64,000 bases of DNA from Octopus bimaculoides (Eukaryota), in the NCBI RefSeq assembly GCF_001194135.2, contig NC_068995.1, positions 19,050,028 to 19,114,027 of the forward strand. Direction: 5' to 3'. This document shows positions 27,274 through 39,789 of this stretch, piece by piece. The notes beneath the pieces were generated by a model, which was not told the origin of the DNA, ran no database searches, and saw nothing but the letters and a program-made list of their open reading frames with translations. Positions within the stretch are counted from its first letter, which is position 1. Every line of letters begins with the position of its first letter. The position numbers were made by a program, and so were the translations under genes.

Positions 27274-27812
27274 ATTTAAAATGTCTTACTTTTTGATCTG
27301 CTCAGGTGAATTATTACCCACCCCTCCATCAGAATTGGAAGCTTCACCGGCTCTGTTTCTGTCGAGCAAATGCAAGCTCTTTTTACACATTTCAAACCAG
27401 GAAAGTTTGTAACGTAGATGTTTCAGTTTCCATTTATTTGAAAATCGTCATACAATCTTTCAGCATTTATTTTAATTTTCATTACACTTATTGACACATG
27501 AAATCGTCTCCGATCCTTGAACCAAGCAACAGCAGCTGCTCCGTTTTAAGCATCCCATTAGATCTGTGCAGAAATAAGGTTCGAACATAAAACGCAGTAT
27601 CATCCTAAGCTCAGGAGTTAATTTTCTCTCGATTGTCACGTATTGTTCTCTCTGTAGATTTTGTAAGCTTTCATGTTGTGGCTATGTGGCTGTCTTTTTC
27701 TCGCACAGGAAGCCTTTTTAAAATATCAAGTTTAGTGCCCGGTGTAACATTATTTACGGTTCCTTTTCGCACAACTGCTTTCAGTTCCACTTGATGGCTT
27801 CTTTCCAGACTA
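27274..27812 (-). mobile_element. Tigger/pogo transposase remnant, N-terminal part (HTH-psq + CENP-B HTH)
   Basis: SGKKPSS..KRNRK / TKLDILKRLPVREKDSHIA..KSTERTIRDNREKI / LKTEQLLLL / SWFEMCKKSLHLL..RAGEASNSD..SPEQIKK matches the Tigger consensus 'KLdIikR..GE..IA..STi.tI.k.keKI' and 'GWF..Fk.R....GEaasaD'. Confidence 0.8.
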
Positions 27813-28023
27813 CTTGAATTGTAGGTAATTCCTACAGTGGCAACGATCTTAAATTATCCACAACAAATACGTAGTAATAAAGATACAAAGAAAGAAGAAT
27901 TTCGTAAGAGTAAAAAAACAATGATTGTGTTATTTCGCAGGATCTGAGAATGGAAATGAGAAGATAAAATGGTGTAAGTGATGCATACACTGAGCACTTG
28001 CATACATACACATGCACACACAC

Positions 28024-28061
<38 letters not shown>

Positions 28062-28719
28062 NNNNNNNNNNNNNNNNNNNNNNNNNNNNNNNNNNNNNNN
28101 NNNNNNNNNNNNNNNNNNNNNNNNNNNNNNNNNNNNNNNNNNNNNNNNNNNNNNNNNNNNNNNNNNNNNNNNNNNNNNNNNNNNNNNNNNNNNNNNNNNN
28201 NNNNNNNNNNNNNNNNNNNNNNNNNNNNNNNNNNNNNNNNNNNNNNNNNNNNNNNNNNNNNNNNNNNNNNNNNNNNNNNNNNNNNNNNNNNNNNNNNNNN
28301 NNNNNNNNNNNNNNNNNNNNNNNNNNNNNNNNNNNNNNNNNNNNNNNNNNNNNNNNNNNNNNNNNNNNNNNNNNNNNNNNNNNNNNNNNNNNNNNNNNNN
28401 NNNNNNNNNNNNNNNNNNNNNNNNNNNNNNNNNNNNNNNNNNNNNNNNNNNNNNNNNNNNNNNNNNNNNNNNNNNNNNNNNNNNNNNNNNNNNNNNNNNN
28501 NNNNNNNNNNNNNNNNNNNNNNNNNNNNNNNNNNNNNNNNNNNNNNNNNNNNNNNNNNNNNNNNNNNNNNNNNNNNNNNNNNNNNNNNNNNNNNNNNNNN
28601 NNNNNNNNNNNNNNNNNNNNNNNNNNNNNNNNNNNNNNNNNNNNNNNNNNNNNNNNNNNNNNTATATATATATATATATACAGAGAGAGTGTGGGGATAT
28701 ATATGTGTACAGAAAATAG

Positions 28720-28720
28720 G

Positions 28721-28793
<73 letters not shown>
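28720..28793 (+). repeat. (TAGA)n microsatellite
   Basis: Perfect TAGA run. Confidence 0.97.
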
Positions 28794-28794
<1 letters not shown>

Positions 28795-28956
28795 TTTGAC
28801 TACATATATAAGCACACATTTATACAGGCGTCCGGTATGGAGTGAAGGATCGTGGCACTCAGGATCCTAATGTCTTGGAGTAGATTCTTCAATCCCGTGT
28901 CATTGTCTACTCCTAAGCAAATCATATCTTCTAACGTTTTCCCTCTAAACTCGAAT

Positions 28957-29355
28957 TTACACTAAGAATATTAATGCTGCATTCCAAGTGTCACATCTAG
29001 ACTTTTCTTCTGAGTCAAGTCTGGGCAGGTGGAGAAGATACGTTATGTCTTCCTCTTCTGAATACATGAGGCCCTTAATTAGCGTAAGTGTGGCACATGC
29101 TACCAAACATGACTCGTTTGCTTGTAACGACTTTAGTGTGTAATTACACCGTTTAACACGATATTTGTCCTTGGGGAGTAATTGTTCATTCCTATCTGCT
29201 TACCCCTTGAAAGTATGAAAACTGCTTCGTATTTCCTTGAAATCCTGCTTTTGGTACGTTGGTTCGAACTCCAAAGAATCAGATGGCTCTGATGCTACCC
29301 CACTATTCCTGTTGATGATCTGAAATACACATATTTTAATTACTATGGGGCATGT
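28957..29355 (-). other. Coding-like segment: candidate exon 29204-29319 or decayed LINE RT fragment
   Basis: About 130-codon frame with one TAA: IINRNSGVASEPSDSLEFEPTYQKQDFKEIRSSFHTFKG*ADRNEQLLPKDKY... Flanked by tatttcag| and GG|gtaagc. Confidence 0.3.
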
Positions 29356-29912
29356 TCAAATGGTGGAGGTCAAGCAACTGACAAGTAAATCTTCGATATT
29401 GAGCAGAATATTTGCTATAACGATACTTCTGCTTCAGTAATTCAGCACCGAATCTCTTTGAAATGTAATGGAACATAGGTATGTTTCGAAACATCGATGT
29501 ACAGGTAAAAAAAAAAGTAAAGTTTGAAGGGAATAGTAGTAATTTCTTTTCGTTTCTAGATAGAAGCAAATAGGAAATAACACTTATTCGCCAAAGACAA
29601 GACCTAAATAAAAATGTTGTTACTTAGTGTTATTATTGAGTAGATTGAAAAGAAATATATTCCGACAAGATTACTTAGAAATCTTTACATCGAGTAGAAC
29701 TAAATTATTGTTATACCCCCTCATTCCAATATCCAATTAGCATTATTTATCTCACTAGAACGATGGAATAACTGAAAATGCACTCAATATCGATATAATT
29801 TGATTAAAACATTTAAATCCACTCTCCAAACATGGTCACGTTTTAAAATATAGAGAATAATTAGGGCAGGTAGGTATAGCGTTATACAAGTCAAATAGTT
29901 CCATGGATATAG

Positions 29913-30136
29913 ATATCGGTTTGAAATTTTAACACGTGGCCAGTAATTTCAAGGTAGCGGTAAGTCGATTAGATCAACCCCCAGACACCCTAATGATCTA
30001 CGTGTACTTAATTTATTGTTCCTGAGATGACGAAAACAAAAGTCGACTTCCATGGGATTTGAACGTCGGATCTAACGTCAGATCATGTGCTACTAAGATT
30101 TGTCCGGCGTGATAGCAACTCTGCCAGTTCATCGCC
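29913..30136 (-). mobile_element. tRNA-derived SINE (decayed)
   Basis: aaagtcgacttc..gatttgaac..tgtccggcgtg..ctctgccagttcatcgcc, homologous to the other copies in the window. Confidence 0.7.
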
Positions 30137-30169
30137 TTATTATCCATGTGTAAATCGCTTCATTATCCC

Positions 30170-30201
<32 letters not shown>

Positions 30202-30450
30202 TNNNNNNNNNNNNNNNNNNNNNNNNNNNNNNNNNNNNNNNNNNNNNNNNNNNNNNNNNNNNNNNNNNNNNNNNNNNNNNNNNNNNNNNNNNNNNNNNNN
30301 NNNNNNNNNNNNNNNNNNNNNNNNNNNNNNNNNNNNNNNNNNNNNNNNNNNNNNNNNNNNNNNNNNNNNNNNNNNNNNNNNNNNNNNNNNNNNNNNNNNN
30401 NNNNNNNNNNNNNNNNNNNNNNNNNNNNNNNNNNNNNNNNNNNNNNNNNN

Positions 30451-30492
<42 letters not shown>

Positions 30493-30679
30493 TATAATAT
30501 TAGCTTGGTAAATAACATCATTGTGAATCATTGTAATTATTGCACCGAAGATACACAAGCCTCACTTAGTTTACCTTTTATATTTCACTTTTAACATTCA
30601 ATGGACTGCAGTCATAGTGGGGTATTTTCTTTTAGTCGAATATATGGACCTATTCACACATTTTTAAGTCTCGTACATT

Positions 30680-31540
30680 TTCAATCAGTTCCTTTTTGCC
30701 GTAAGCACATTAAACTGCTGTGGTGAATCACTGAAAGGGACCAACATAAACACAACGACATGCTACATGCTTCCATCTAGCGAATTCATTCACAAAGCAT
30801 GGGTTGGCTCTAGGCTATAGTTAAGGTACAAATATTTTTGGCTAGGCAGATGAAGATGCAAATATAAGAAACTAACACCTTACAGAACTCAAAGAATTTC
30901 TACTCAAACAAAAATACCTGTCTCTACTTATAGAAACTGGTATACAGTGTGCTATAGAAATATCCATACACAAATTTAGTGCAACCCAAAACAGAGGAAA
31001 ACAAAAACAGGTCATCCTATTTATAGTGACACACAATCCGTGTCACCAAAATATCTTTAGTATTGCCAAAGCAAATTTGCCAATCATTGCTCAAAATAAG
31101 GAATTAAAGGGTATAATCACGGATCGGGTTATGATTCTTTGTACAAGACAGCCGAATAATTTTAAACAATTATTAACAAAGGCTAAGTTTCACATAAGCA
31201 AGAATTACAAATAATTCATTGAATCGAAGTGCAATGATAATCAATGTGGTACATGTCAGTTCATACATGTCGGTCAATATATGGGCGCAAAAACCGGGAA
31301 TATATTTACAAATGGAAAAGTGTACTGTAAAAGAAGAAATTTGATTTACCGTATCAAATACCCGAAGAGATATACGCCGGTTAGACTGGAAATGCATTAT
31401 CGGAACGTTCACGTGTGCACCGACAGAAAATAAAGGAACATGATGTCCGTATAATACCTTCATGCAATCATCGGGCAACATGTGGTCAGAAGAAGTTTAT
31501 AATATTCCCAATGGGGAATGATATCGTATGATAATAATCT
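30680..31540 (+). mobile_element. Penelope-like element fossil (RT thumb + GIY-YIG endonuclease)
   Basis: LTELKEFLLKQKYLSLLIETGI; THNPCHQNIF..RQPNNFKQLLTKAKF; KCNDNQCGTCQFI; NLIYRIKY..YAG*TGNALSERSRVHRQKI..H (GIY-YIG-like). Confidence 0.85.
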
Positions 31541-31690
31541 TTCAGTTTCCATCTACCAAATCCAGGCAGAAGGCTTTGGTTGGATATAGCAGAGGCAAGG
31601 TAGAAGATACCTGCCGAAGGTGCCACGCACTGGAATTGAACCACGAACCATGTATCAGGGAAGCAAATTTCTTTCCACGTAGCCGCACCT
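31541..31690 (-). mobile_element. SINE 5' part (second family)
   Basis: aaggctttggttgg..gtagaagatacctgccgaaggtgccacgcactggaattgaacc is the reverse complement of the family seen at 50047-50463. Confidence 0.75.
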
Positions 31691-31929
31691 ACGTCGATTA
31701 TATTCTGGTTACCGCTTATTTTTTTTTTTATGCAATGAGAAGCAAACACAGAATATATAATGTATTTGGGAATTATTATACATAGTAACTGTTAGGAAAT
31801 TTCCCTCAAGTGACAAAAGAAATATCATAAATACAAATATACATGTATATATGGTTGTGTGTATATATAAATATATGTATATTTGTATGTATGTATGTAT
31901 GTATGTATGCATGTATATATATATATGCA

Positions 31930-31973
<44 letters not shown>

Positions 31974-32275
31974 CACACACAAATATATATATGTATATAT
32001 TTATATACATACACACACACATACGCACATATATATATGCATGTAATGTATGTGTGTACGAATGTATGTATGTATGTATATGTAATTTTTAAACGTTAGA
32101 GAATAATTCAACGGCATAAATTTAATGGTGTATAAAACTTGATATTTATAGTTTGTTGTTCAATAAAATATACTCGGATACTACTGAAGGTATTCCTCAT
32201 TTAAATGGGTTTGTTATGTTGAATTTTATGTTATTATAATAATGTATTTTTCAGTTGGTTTCGACAATAAATACT

Positions 32276-32309
<34 letters not shown>

Positions 32310-33085
32310 TATGTATATGTCTATATGTGAGTATGAATATATAAAATTTTATATATGTGTGGACATTTGTGTATAATCTGATTTATTGTGCTCTTTCATC
32401 ATGTTATAAACTATGAAACTAAGAACTGTTGCATGACATATACACGCACATGCTCTTTACCATTTTGAATGTCATCCAAGAAAAAGAGTACACAAAAAGA
32501 AATACTAATAATTTTAGTAAACCAAATTTTCAACATCAAGAGAAGGAAGGTGCTCCCGGTTGTCTCTGTTGAAGAATTAAGATGAAATTTGTTACATATG
32601 CCGATATTTAAGTACTGTTATTTGGATCATAAACGCATGCGATGCTACGGAATCATACACTGATTAGTTAGCAGACGGCGTTGAATAATAGAAAAGAAGG
32701 AAGAAGATAGACAACGCAGATGGGGAAGCGTGATTCTAGCACGAGTAACTTCTACCTGTTCATGGATAACAAGCTCATTTTCCAACCACGAGGCTTCACG
32801 TTCAGACCCACTACACATCACCATTTTTCAAGTTTCCTCTCCTATTACCTCGGGTGGACGAATATACCTAATGAATGAATTAGGTAGACAACCGTCTTAT
32901 AAATGTAATTGTGCGAGTGAACGTGTGTGAGTGTGTGTGTGTGTGTGCGTGTAAAAATGTGTGAGTGTGTGTGGATGTGTGCGTGCGTGCGTGCGTCCGT
33001 GAGTATGTGTGCGTGTGCGTAAGTGAGTGAGTGCGTGAGCGTGCGTGTTTTTGTGAGTGTGTGTGCGTGTGTACTGTGTGTTGTG

Positions 33086-33175
33086 CTCAAGAATACAACG
33101 CACAGCTCGGTCCGCGAATGGAACTCACTACCGTATGATTGTGAGCTCGACGCTCCAACTACTGAGCCATACGCC
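33086..33175 (-). mobile_element. tRNA-like SINE head with Pol III A/B boxes
   Basis: Minus strand: ggcgtatggctcagtagttgg (A box) ... gtgagttccattc (B box) ... tgtgcgttgtattcttgag. Confidence 0.7.
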
Positions 33176-34038
33176 TTAACTTACTTGTCATAATTTGGAA
33201 CTTAGTCTGTCGGTTCAATTTACTGGACAATTATATAACAGGAACGTAAACACAACCAACACCGGTTGGTTAATAATTTCCACAATATTTTCATTAAAAT
33301 ACAGATCGGTATTTAAGAAATACAGATAGATTTAGAATAATAGAGGAGAAATAAAGACAGACAAGAAGACAGAATATCGGAGAAAGAAAGAAAGAACGAA
33401 AGAAAGGAACGAAGAAAGAAAGAAGGAAAGGGAAACAAAGAAAGAGAAGAACACATTTTATTCTGTATATTCATATTCCTTCTTTTTTAATTTGATATTT
33501 AATTTCGTCTTGTATAGTTCATGATTTTTCGTTATATTTATCGGTGCATTGTAATGGAATTGATCAGGCCGGGTGCTGAATATTCTTCATACAAGTGTGC
33601 GATTAACGGAGTCGTGAGGTGACTAATTGAAAAGTTATAATGCTAAGAAATAGTTGGCATTAGGAAAATATTGGCTAAGCTTATAGAAGATGATAGTAAC
33701 AATCAAATTATTTCTCTTGACCTACAATATCAATACATAAGCGTATTATTGATCACATCACTTCACGCTATCACATAACAGTTGCCGAAGTCTTCTGCAC
33801 AGATTTTATACTAGGAAGTAAATATCTTGCCCTTCAGCAAGCTAATATATATATATATATGTANNNNNNNNNNNNNNNNNNNNNNNNNNNNNNNNNNNNN
33901 NNNNNNNNNNNNNNNNNNNNNNNNNNNNNNNNNNNNNNNNNNNNNNNNNNNNNNNNNNNNNNNNNNNNNNNNNNNNNNNNNNNNNNNNNNNNNNNNNNNN
34001 NNNNNNNNNNNNNATATATACATGTGTGTGTGTTCGTC

Positions 34039-34080
<42 letters not shown>

Positions 34081-35015
34081 CACGTGAGCCTTGGCGTACC
34101 TGCCAGCGTGTTTGTGTGTGCGTGCGCGTATGCGTGTGTGTTAAGGGAATCGACTAAAATGATTGCTCTGTCATGTATGACACAGTCTGTTGGAAAACGG
34201 TAAGAACCAGTGTTTTAGGAAACATTTCTTCGTATAATTAGCTTTTCAGCCGTTTGTAGCGACTAAGATATCTAGTAACGAAAGATTTGCGACTCTCAAC
34301 TTAATCGGATTCAATGGACAAAAGAAACAGTAAGAATTTTACACAATATCAAACTATATAATTATGTATGTACGTTTCTCTTTTTCTACCTCTCTTCTTT
34401 ATATATTGCCGGCTTCTTATTGTACTTGTGTCACTTTATACGCGTGCGCACACAATTACACACGCACACATACACACACACACTTACAAACACATACACG
34501 CAGTAACACGCATACGTATATGAAGGTGCTGAGTCATAGACATATAAAGAGTGAATAACCGACAAAGACATCAGTATTCTTGAGCGTATTTGAATAACGA
34601 ATCGTGTGTCGTTGTTAAAGTTGTATATATATATATATGCGCATTTGTGTGTATGTATGTGAGAGATAGAGTGAGAGAGAGTGAGAGAGAGTGAGAGTGA
34701 GAGAAAGTGAGAATGCAGCAGAGCTTTGGAGATGAAGTAAGGGAACGCAGATGTATGACAATTGTATTGGATACTAACATCAAATCAATAGTATTAATTT
34801 ATCTTGAACTCTGATAGCAAAGAGAGTAACGAAATGCACACTGAACCACCTGTTAAACGCGGCGAATCAATCTAGTCAACATTTTATTTAGTTCCTCTGT
34901 AGATCTAAATGCTAGTGAAAAGCTTCTGGGGTGGTGAGTCCTTACTTTTATTTTCCGAAAATGACATAAAATCAATATATACATATATATTTATGTAAGA
35001 CCTCGCATGATAATT

Positions 35016-35140
35016 CTTTGTACTAAAGGCCTGAAATTTGCGGGGAGGGGACTAGTCGATTACATCGATCTCAGTGTTTCACCTGTAGCAAATCTATCGA
35101 CGCAGAAAGGATGTAAGGCGACGTGGACCTCGGCGGAAAG
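35016..35140 (-). mobile_element. SINE 3' half
   Basis: aaggcctgaaatttgcggggaggggactagtcgattacatcga...gacctcggcggaa. Confidence 0.75.
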
Positions 35141-36614
35141 ACCTCACACAATAATATTAAAGCAAAATACAGATTAAGAGGAAACTTCACTCTGCTCTCT
35201 AGTTCTTAGTAAACTCTCTTTCTCTTCGTCTCTTACTCTGAAAGCAAACATAGGTTGCAGCACCAACAGTCGCCAGTCAAATTTCCCACGCATATACATA
35301 TACATATATATACATATATATACATGTTACTCTCCTCCCCAATATGACGTGATCATTGACGGCCAAAGGCGGACTTTCGTTTTGGTGTTGCCTTCGACTG
35401 GACTGATCATGATTTCATGAGCTCCGCGCTCTACCCCTCTCTTGTTTATAGTTTTTTTTTAGGACAGTTTTCATTTCTCCTTCACGTTTACCATTTTTAT
35501 CATGTCTTGGAAACATAAGGCTTTTTTTTTTTTGCTGTGTATGTATTATTTTAATTTCAAATGTTTTTTTGCGTGTGGTCCTAGTCTTTATTCTGTTTAT
35601 TTTCCTGTCCGTCGTCCGTTTACTAGCTGTCTCGTCCCTAATCCGTCTCGTCTTCTTATGTTTGGTCCCATTCCCGCCACGTTTCTTGCCGGTGCCTCTA
35701 GAGTAGAAGGAATATTATCGATAACGGCCGAAATTGCAGTTTAACCGATAACTGAAGAGAAGTTGGTGACCTTCTGCGTTTTCTGTTCGACTGCGTAGCT
35801 AGTATCTATTCGCATGTTTATTTACTACACCTTTTTTTTATAATATATATATATATAAATATATATACAAACACAGGTATGTCATATTTTCCGTTTCTTG
35901 CCTTTTTATTTAATCATGAATATATTTATGTAACGCAGGAACTCATTCCTATTTTTACCCATTTGTAGAAATATTCTTGGAATATTTTTGTGCCACTCTG
36001 TGAGTCTGTCACCCTCTCTCTTTATATATGTCTTATACTGATGCACAATTAATTGTATAATTCTATTCTATTTGCAAGTGTGTTTGTTCTTCTTTTTCTC
36101 CGTCGCCCGGCTGGCTCGGCAACAGTCATTCGCACTTAACAACGATCATAATTTTTTCACTAATAGTTTCATCTCTAATTCAGGAATTATGAACATTGCA
36201 ATATTACGCTGTTTGTCAGAATAATTTTTCAAATTGTCGAAATAAAAAAGATCATCCCCTAATATGGCATTTGCATTAAATTATTTGTGCTTGCATTTTG
36301 CTAGGTCTTACATTATATATGATTAATCTAATGAAAATTATGGATACAAATTTGATATTCCAAGAAATATATCTATTTAAATGTTAATAGTCTTTATTTC
36401 GTGTTATATGCTTTTCTCAATAAATATAGAAATTAGAGATTTGTCCAAAATGCTAAGAAAGTGTGTAGAAGGCTGACACTAAAAGATATTGAAATCAAAA
36501 CAATTAATGAATAACGATCTTTTCCTGAGTGCATAATATTCTATCTGCAGAGTATATATAGTATTTCAGAAAAGTCTTTCGTTTCGCAGAGATATGTACG
36601 CCAAAATTTCTATA

Positions 36615-36658
<44 letters not shown>

Positions 36659-38209
36659 NNNNNNNNNNNNNNNNNNNNNNNNNNNNNNNNNNNNNNNNNN
36701 NNNNNNNNNNNNNNNNNNNNNNNNNNNNNNNNNNNNNNNNNNNNNNNNNNNNNNNNNNNNNNNNNNNNNNNNNNNNNNNNNNNNNNNNNNNNNNNNNNNN
36801 NNNNNNNNNNNNNNNNNNNNNNNNNNNNNNNNNNNNNNNNNNNNNNNNNNNNNNNNNNNNNNNNNNNNNNNNNNNNNNNNNNNNNNNNNNNNNNNNNNNN
36901 NNNNNNNNNNNNNNNNNNNNNNNNNNNNNNNNNNNNNNNNNNNNNNNNNNNNNNNNNNNNNNNNNNNNNNNNNNNNNNNNNNNNNNNNNNNNNNNNNNNN
37001 NNNNNNNNNNNNNNNNNNNNNNNNNNNNNNNNNNNNNNNNNNNNNNNNNNNNNNNNNNNNNNNNNNNNNNNNNNNNNNNNNNNNNNNNNNNNNNNNNNNN
37101 NNNNNNNNNNNNNNNNNNNNNNNNNNNNNNNNNNNNNNNNNNNNNNNNNNNNNNNNNNNNNNNNNNNNNNNNNNNNNNNNNNNNNNNNNNNNNNNNNNNN
37201 NNNNNNNNNNNNNNNNNNNNNNNNNNNNNNNNNNNNNNNNNNNNNNNNNNNNNNNNNNNNNNNNNNNNNNNNNNNNNNNNNNNNNNNNNNNNNNNNNNNN
37301 NNNNNNNNNNNNNNNNNNNNNNNNNNNNNNNNNNNNTATATATATATACATCTATGTAGATAGATTGATACAGCAATAATACCATAATTATTGCCATACA
37401 CACTGTTGTGTGCGTGAGCGCTGACCAGTGTGTGTGTGTGTGTGCGAATTTGAAAGTACTTTTGTATCGAAACCTCATTTATAAAACGACACATATAGAA
37501 CATATTTTCACCAAAGTACAACAGACCCACGTGTTTGCGAAAGATCAAGGGTCGATCATTAATTAGCAGAATCCGCGAAAAGAACAAAAAAAAAACAACA
37601 TTATATGATGTTAATAGCATTACAATTAATTATCATTTCCGTGAAAGAAAGAATGATAATTTGTTTTTATGCAATACTAAAAAAGAAACAACCATTATCA
37701 TTACATTCTGCACTCTCTGCAAACTTGAAGATAGAAGGATGAAGAGGATTTACTGCAATTTCTCACACATTTGAGCAACTTCCGGTCGTTCGAATGAGTA
37801 TATTTCGTGAGTGATTGTGTAAAATTGATGTCAATTATTCACAGATCATTTTCCTGCTTCTTACATGTGAATTTTATTAACTTCTTTGTTCGTTTCATAT
37901 CTAATGTTTATTCTGATATTTGTTCAAATTTTCGCAATATTCAGACGGAACGCCAAATGCCTTAACTCGATATGTGAAAAGTAGGAAATGTAAAACTCGA
38001 AAAAAATTTCGAAGCATGAATTTACTCATGCTACTCAGAAAGCAAACGTAATTACGTGTAATATCATATATACAGACACATGCACGAAAGTGAGATATCA
38101 TGTCTGTATATATATGTGTGTGTATGGTCGTGCGTGTGAGTCTGTCTGTCAGTATATGTGTGTGTATGTATATATATGCATCTATGTATGTGTCTGTTTT
38201 CACATATAT

Positions 38210-38872
38210 ATAGAAACATTATTCTTTCTAAATCTATCAAAGGGAGATATTCAGTAACAGTTCTTTAAAGTAAGGGCTACTTGCCTACATAATGTGGCTT
38301 TCCAGCAAGGGACGATTGTTACTGTTCTTTAGCCCCAAGAAACATCGTTTCTAGCTTGCTATACGACACACTATATGTGTCCTTATATTTTCGAGTAGGG
38401 AATTCAGCATCCCCACCCAGCACAAAACAACATTTGTGGACTAGTTTCAGGGTTATTGTCCTTTATCAACACAGAGTAGCTGCTCGGCTAGGCGGCGCTG
38501 TTGAATTCACGGTTCGAGCTTATAAATTTCAAAATGACACAACCACAGTTCTAAAAATACAAATACTATTATTTCTAAATCATTCAAGCTGTGAATTCAG
38601 CAGCTGAAAAGCTGTGTTGATAAAGAGCAATAAACCCTGAAACTAGTTCACAGATGTTGTTTTGTGCTGGATGGGGATGCTGAATTCCCTTTCCGAAAAT
38701 ATAGGGACACAGCCTGTGTGTCGTATAGCCAGCTAGAATCGATGTGTCTTTGGGCAAATGAATAGTAACAACGTCCCTTCCAGGACAGCCATAGCTTTTA
38801 CTTTACAGAACTGTTACCGAATGTTTCTGTCTCACAGAGATTTATAAATAACAGTTTTTCTATTTTTAGAAC
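38210..38872. mobile_element. Inverted dimer of a ~325-bp MITE forming a ~660-bp palindrome
   Basis: Arms ~38225-38530 and ~38575-38850 are highly complementary, e.g. gggaattcagcatcccca.ccagcacaaaacaacat.tgtg.actagtttcaggg. The right copy 38548-38872 has its own 34-bp TIRs (30/34 match). Confidence 0.85.
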
Positions 38873-38924
38873 AATCGCTATGTGTTACTTTGTAATCTTT
38901 ATTATTATTATTATTATTATTATT

Positions 38925-39717
38925 CAGTAGTTTTATTTTTATAACGTGCTTTCACTTCACTACCGAGCGCAGCTCTGTGCGCCTTGGGTACGTGCTGTGG
39001 TTTGCTGTGGTGCTCTTATGTTTACTGTATTGAAAGTGTTTTGCGTAGAATGTGTGCAGTACCCAGTAGTGCAATTTTCTGTATGTTATATATATTTGTA
39101 AGTCCTGGTGTTTTTGTTATGTATTTGTCTGAATATTTTTTTATTATACCTAAGGCACCTACTATGATAGGAATTGTTTCTGTTTTTAGATTCCACATTC
39201 GAGTTATCTCTATTTCCAGGTCTTTGTATTTTGAAAGTTTTTCCATTTCTTTTAGAGAAACNNNNNNNNNNNNNNNNNNNNNNNNNNNNNNNNNNNNNNN
39301 NNNNNNNNNNNNNNNNNNNNNNNNNNNNNNNNNNNNNNNNNNNNNNNNNNNNNNNNNNNNNNNNNNNNNNNNNNNNNNNNNNNNNNNNNNNNNNNNNNNN
39401 NNNNNNNNNNNNNNNNNNNNNNNNNNNNNNNNNNNNNNNNNNNNNCTGTGACCTTTTCTGGCGTGTGTTTATACCATCTTTTTTCTGTTGCTATTCCATA
39501 ATGTTGGCATAGCTTCCAGTGTATATAGGTCCCAGCTCTGTCGTGTCTGTGAATATATTCCTTCTTAGCCAGGACTGGGCAGCCAGAGATAATATGATTT
39601 ATTGTTTCTTGTCGATCTCCACATATTCTACAGTTACTTGTTATATTTCTTTTCATTATGTGTTTTTTGGTAATTTCTGGTGGGGAGGCTTTGGTCTTGT
39701 GCAGCAATTAAAAATCC

Positions 39718-39720
<3 letters not shown>
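38925..39720 (-). mobile_element. 5'-truncated R4/Dong-clade (restriction-like endonuclease) LINE inserted in a (TAA)n microsatellite
   Basis: GFLIAAQDQSLPTRNYQK / CRICGDRQETINHIISGCPVLAKKEYIHRHD (CCHC) / EKLSKYKDLEIEITRMWNLKTETIPIIVGALG..LLGTAHILRKTLS*. (ATT)n on both sides (38899-38924, 39721-39788). The PD..D motif is expected to fall in the N gap 39262-39445. Confidence 0.9.
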
Positions 39721-39785
<65 letters not shown>

Positions 39786-39789
39786 CATT

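Noticed and set aside
27290-27358. Minus-strand exon candidate (NRAGEASNSDGGVGNNSPEQIK), phase-compatible with 29204-29319
   Set aside because: Better explained as part of the Tigger transposase remnant (GEaasaD motif).
27785-27824. Plus-strand 40-nt exon candidate (PLDGFFPDYLNC)
   Set aside because: It is the antisense of the Tigger N-terminus.
33086-33175. Possible tRNA gene
   Set aside because: It has A and B boxes but no complete cloverleaf or acceptor stem, and it continues into SINE body sequence.
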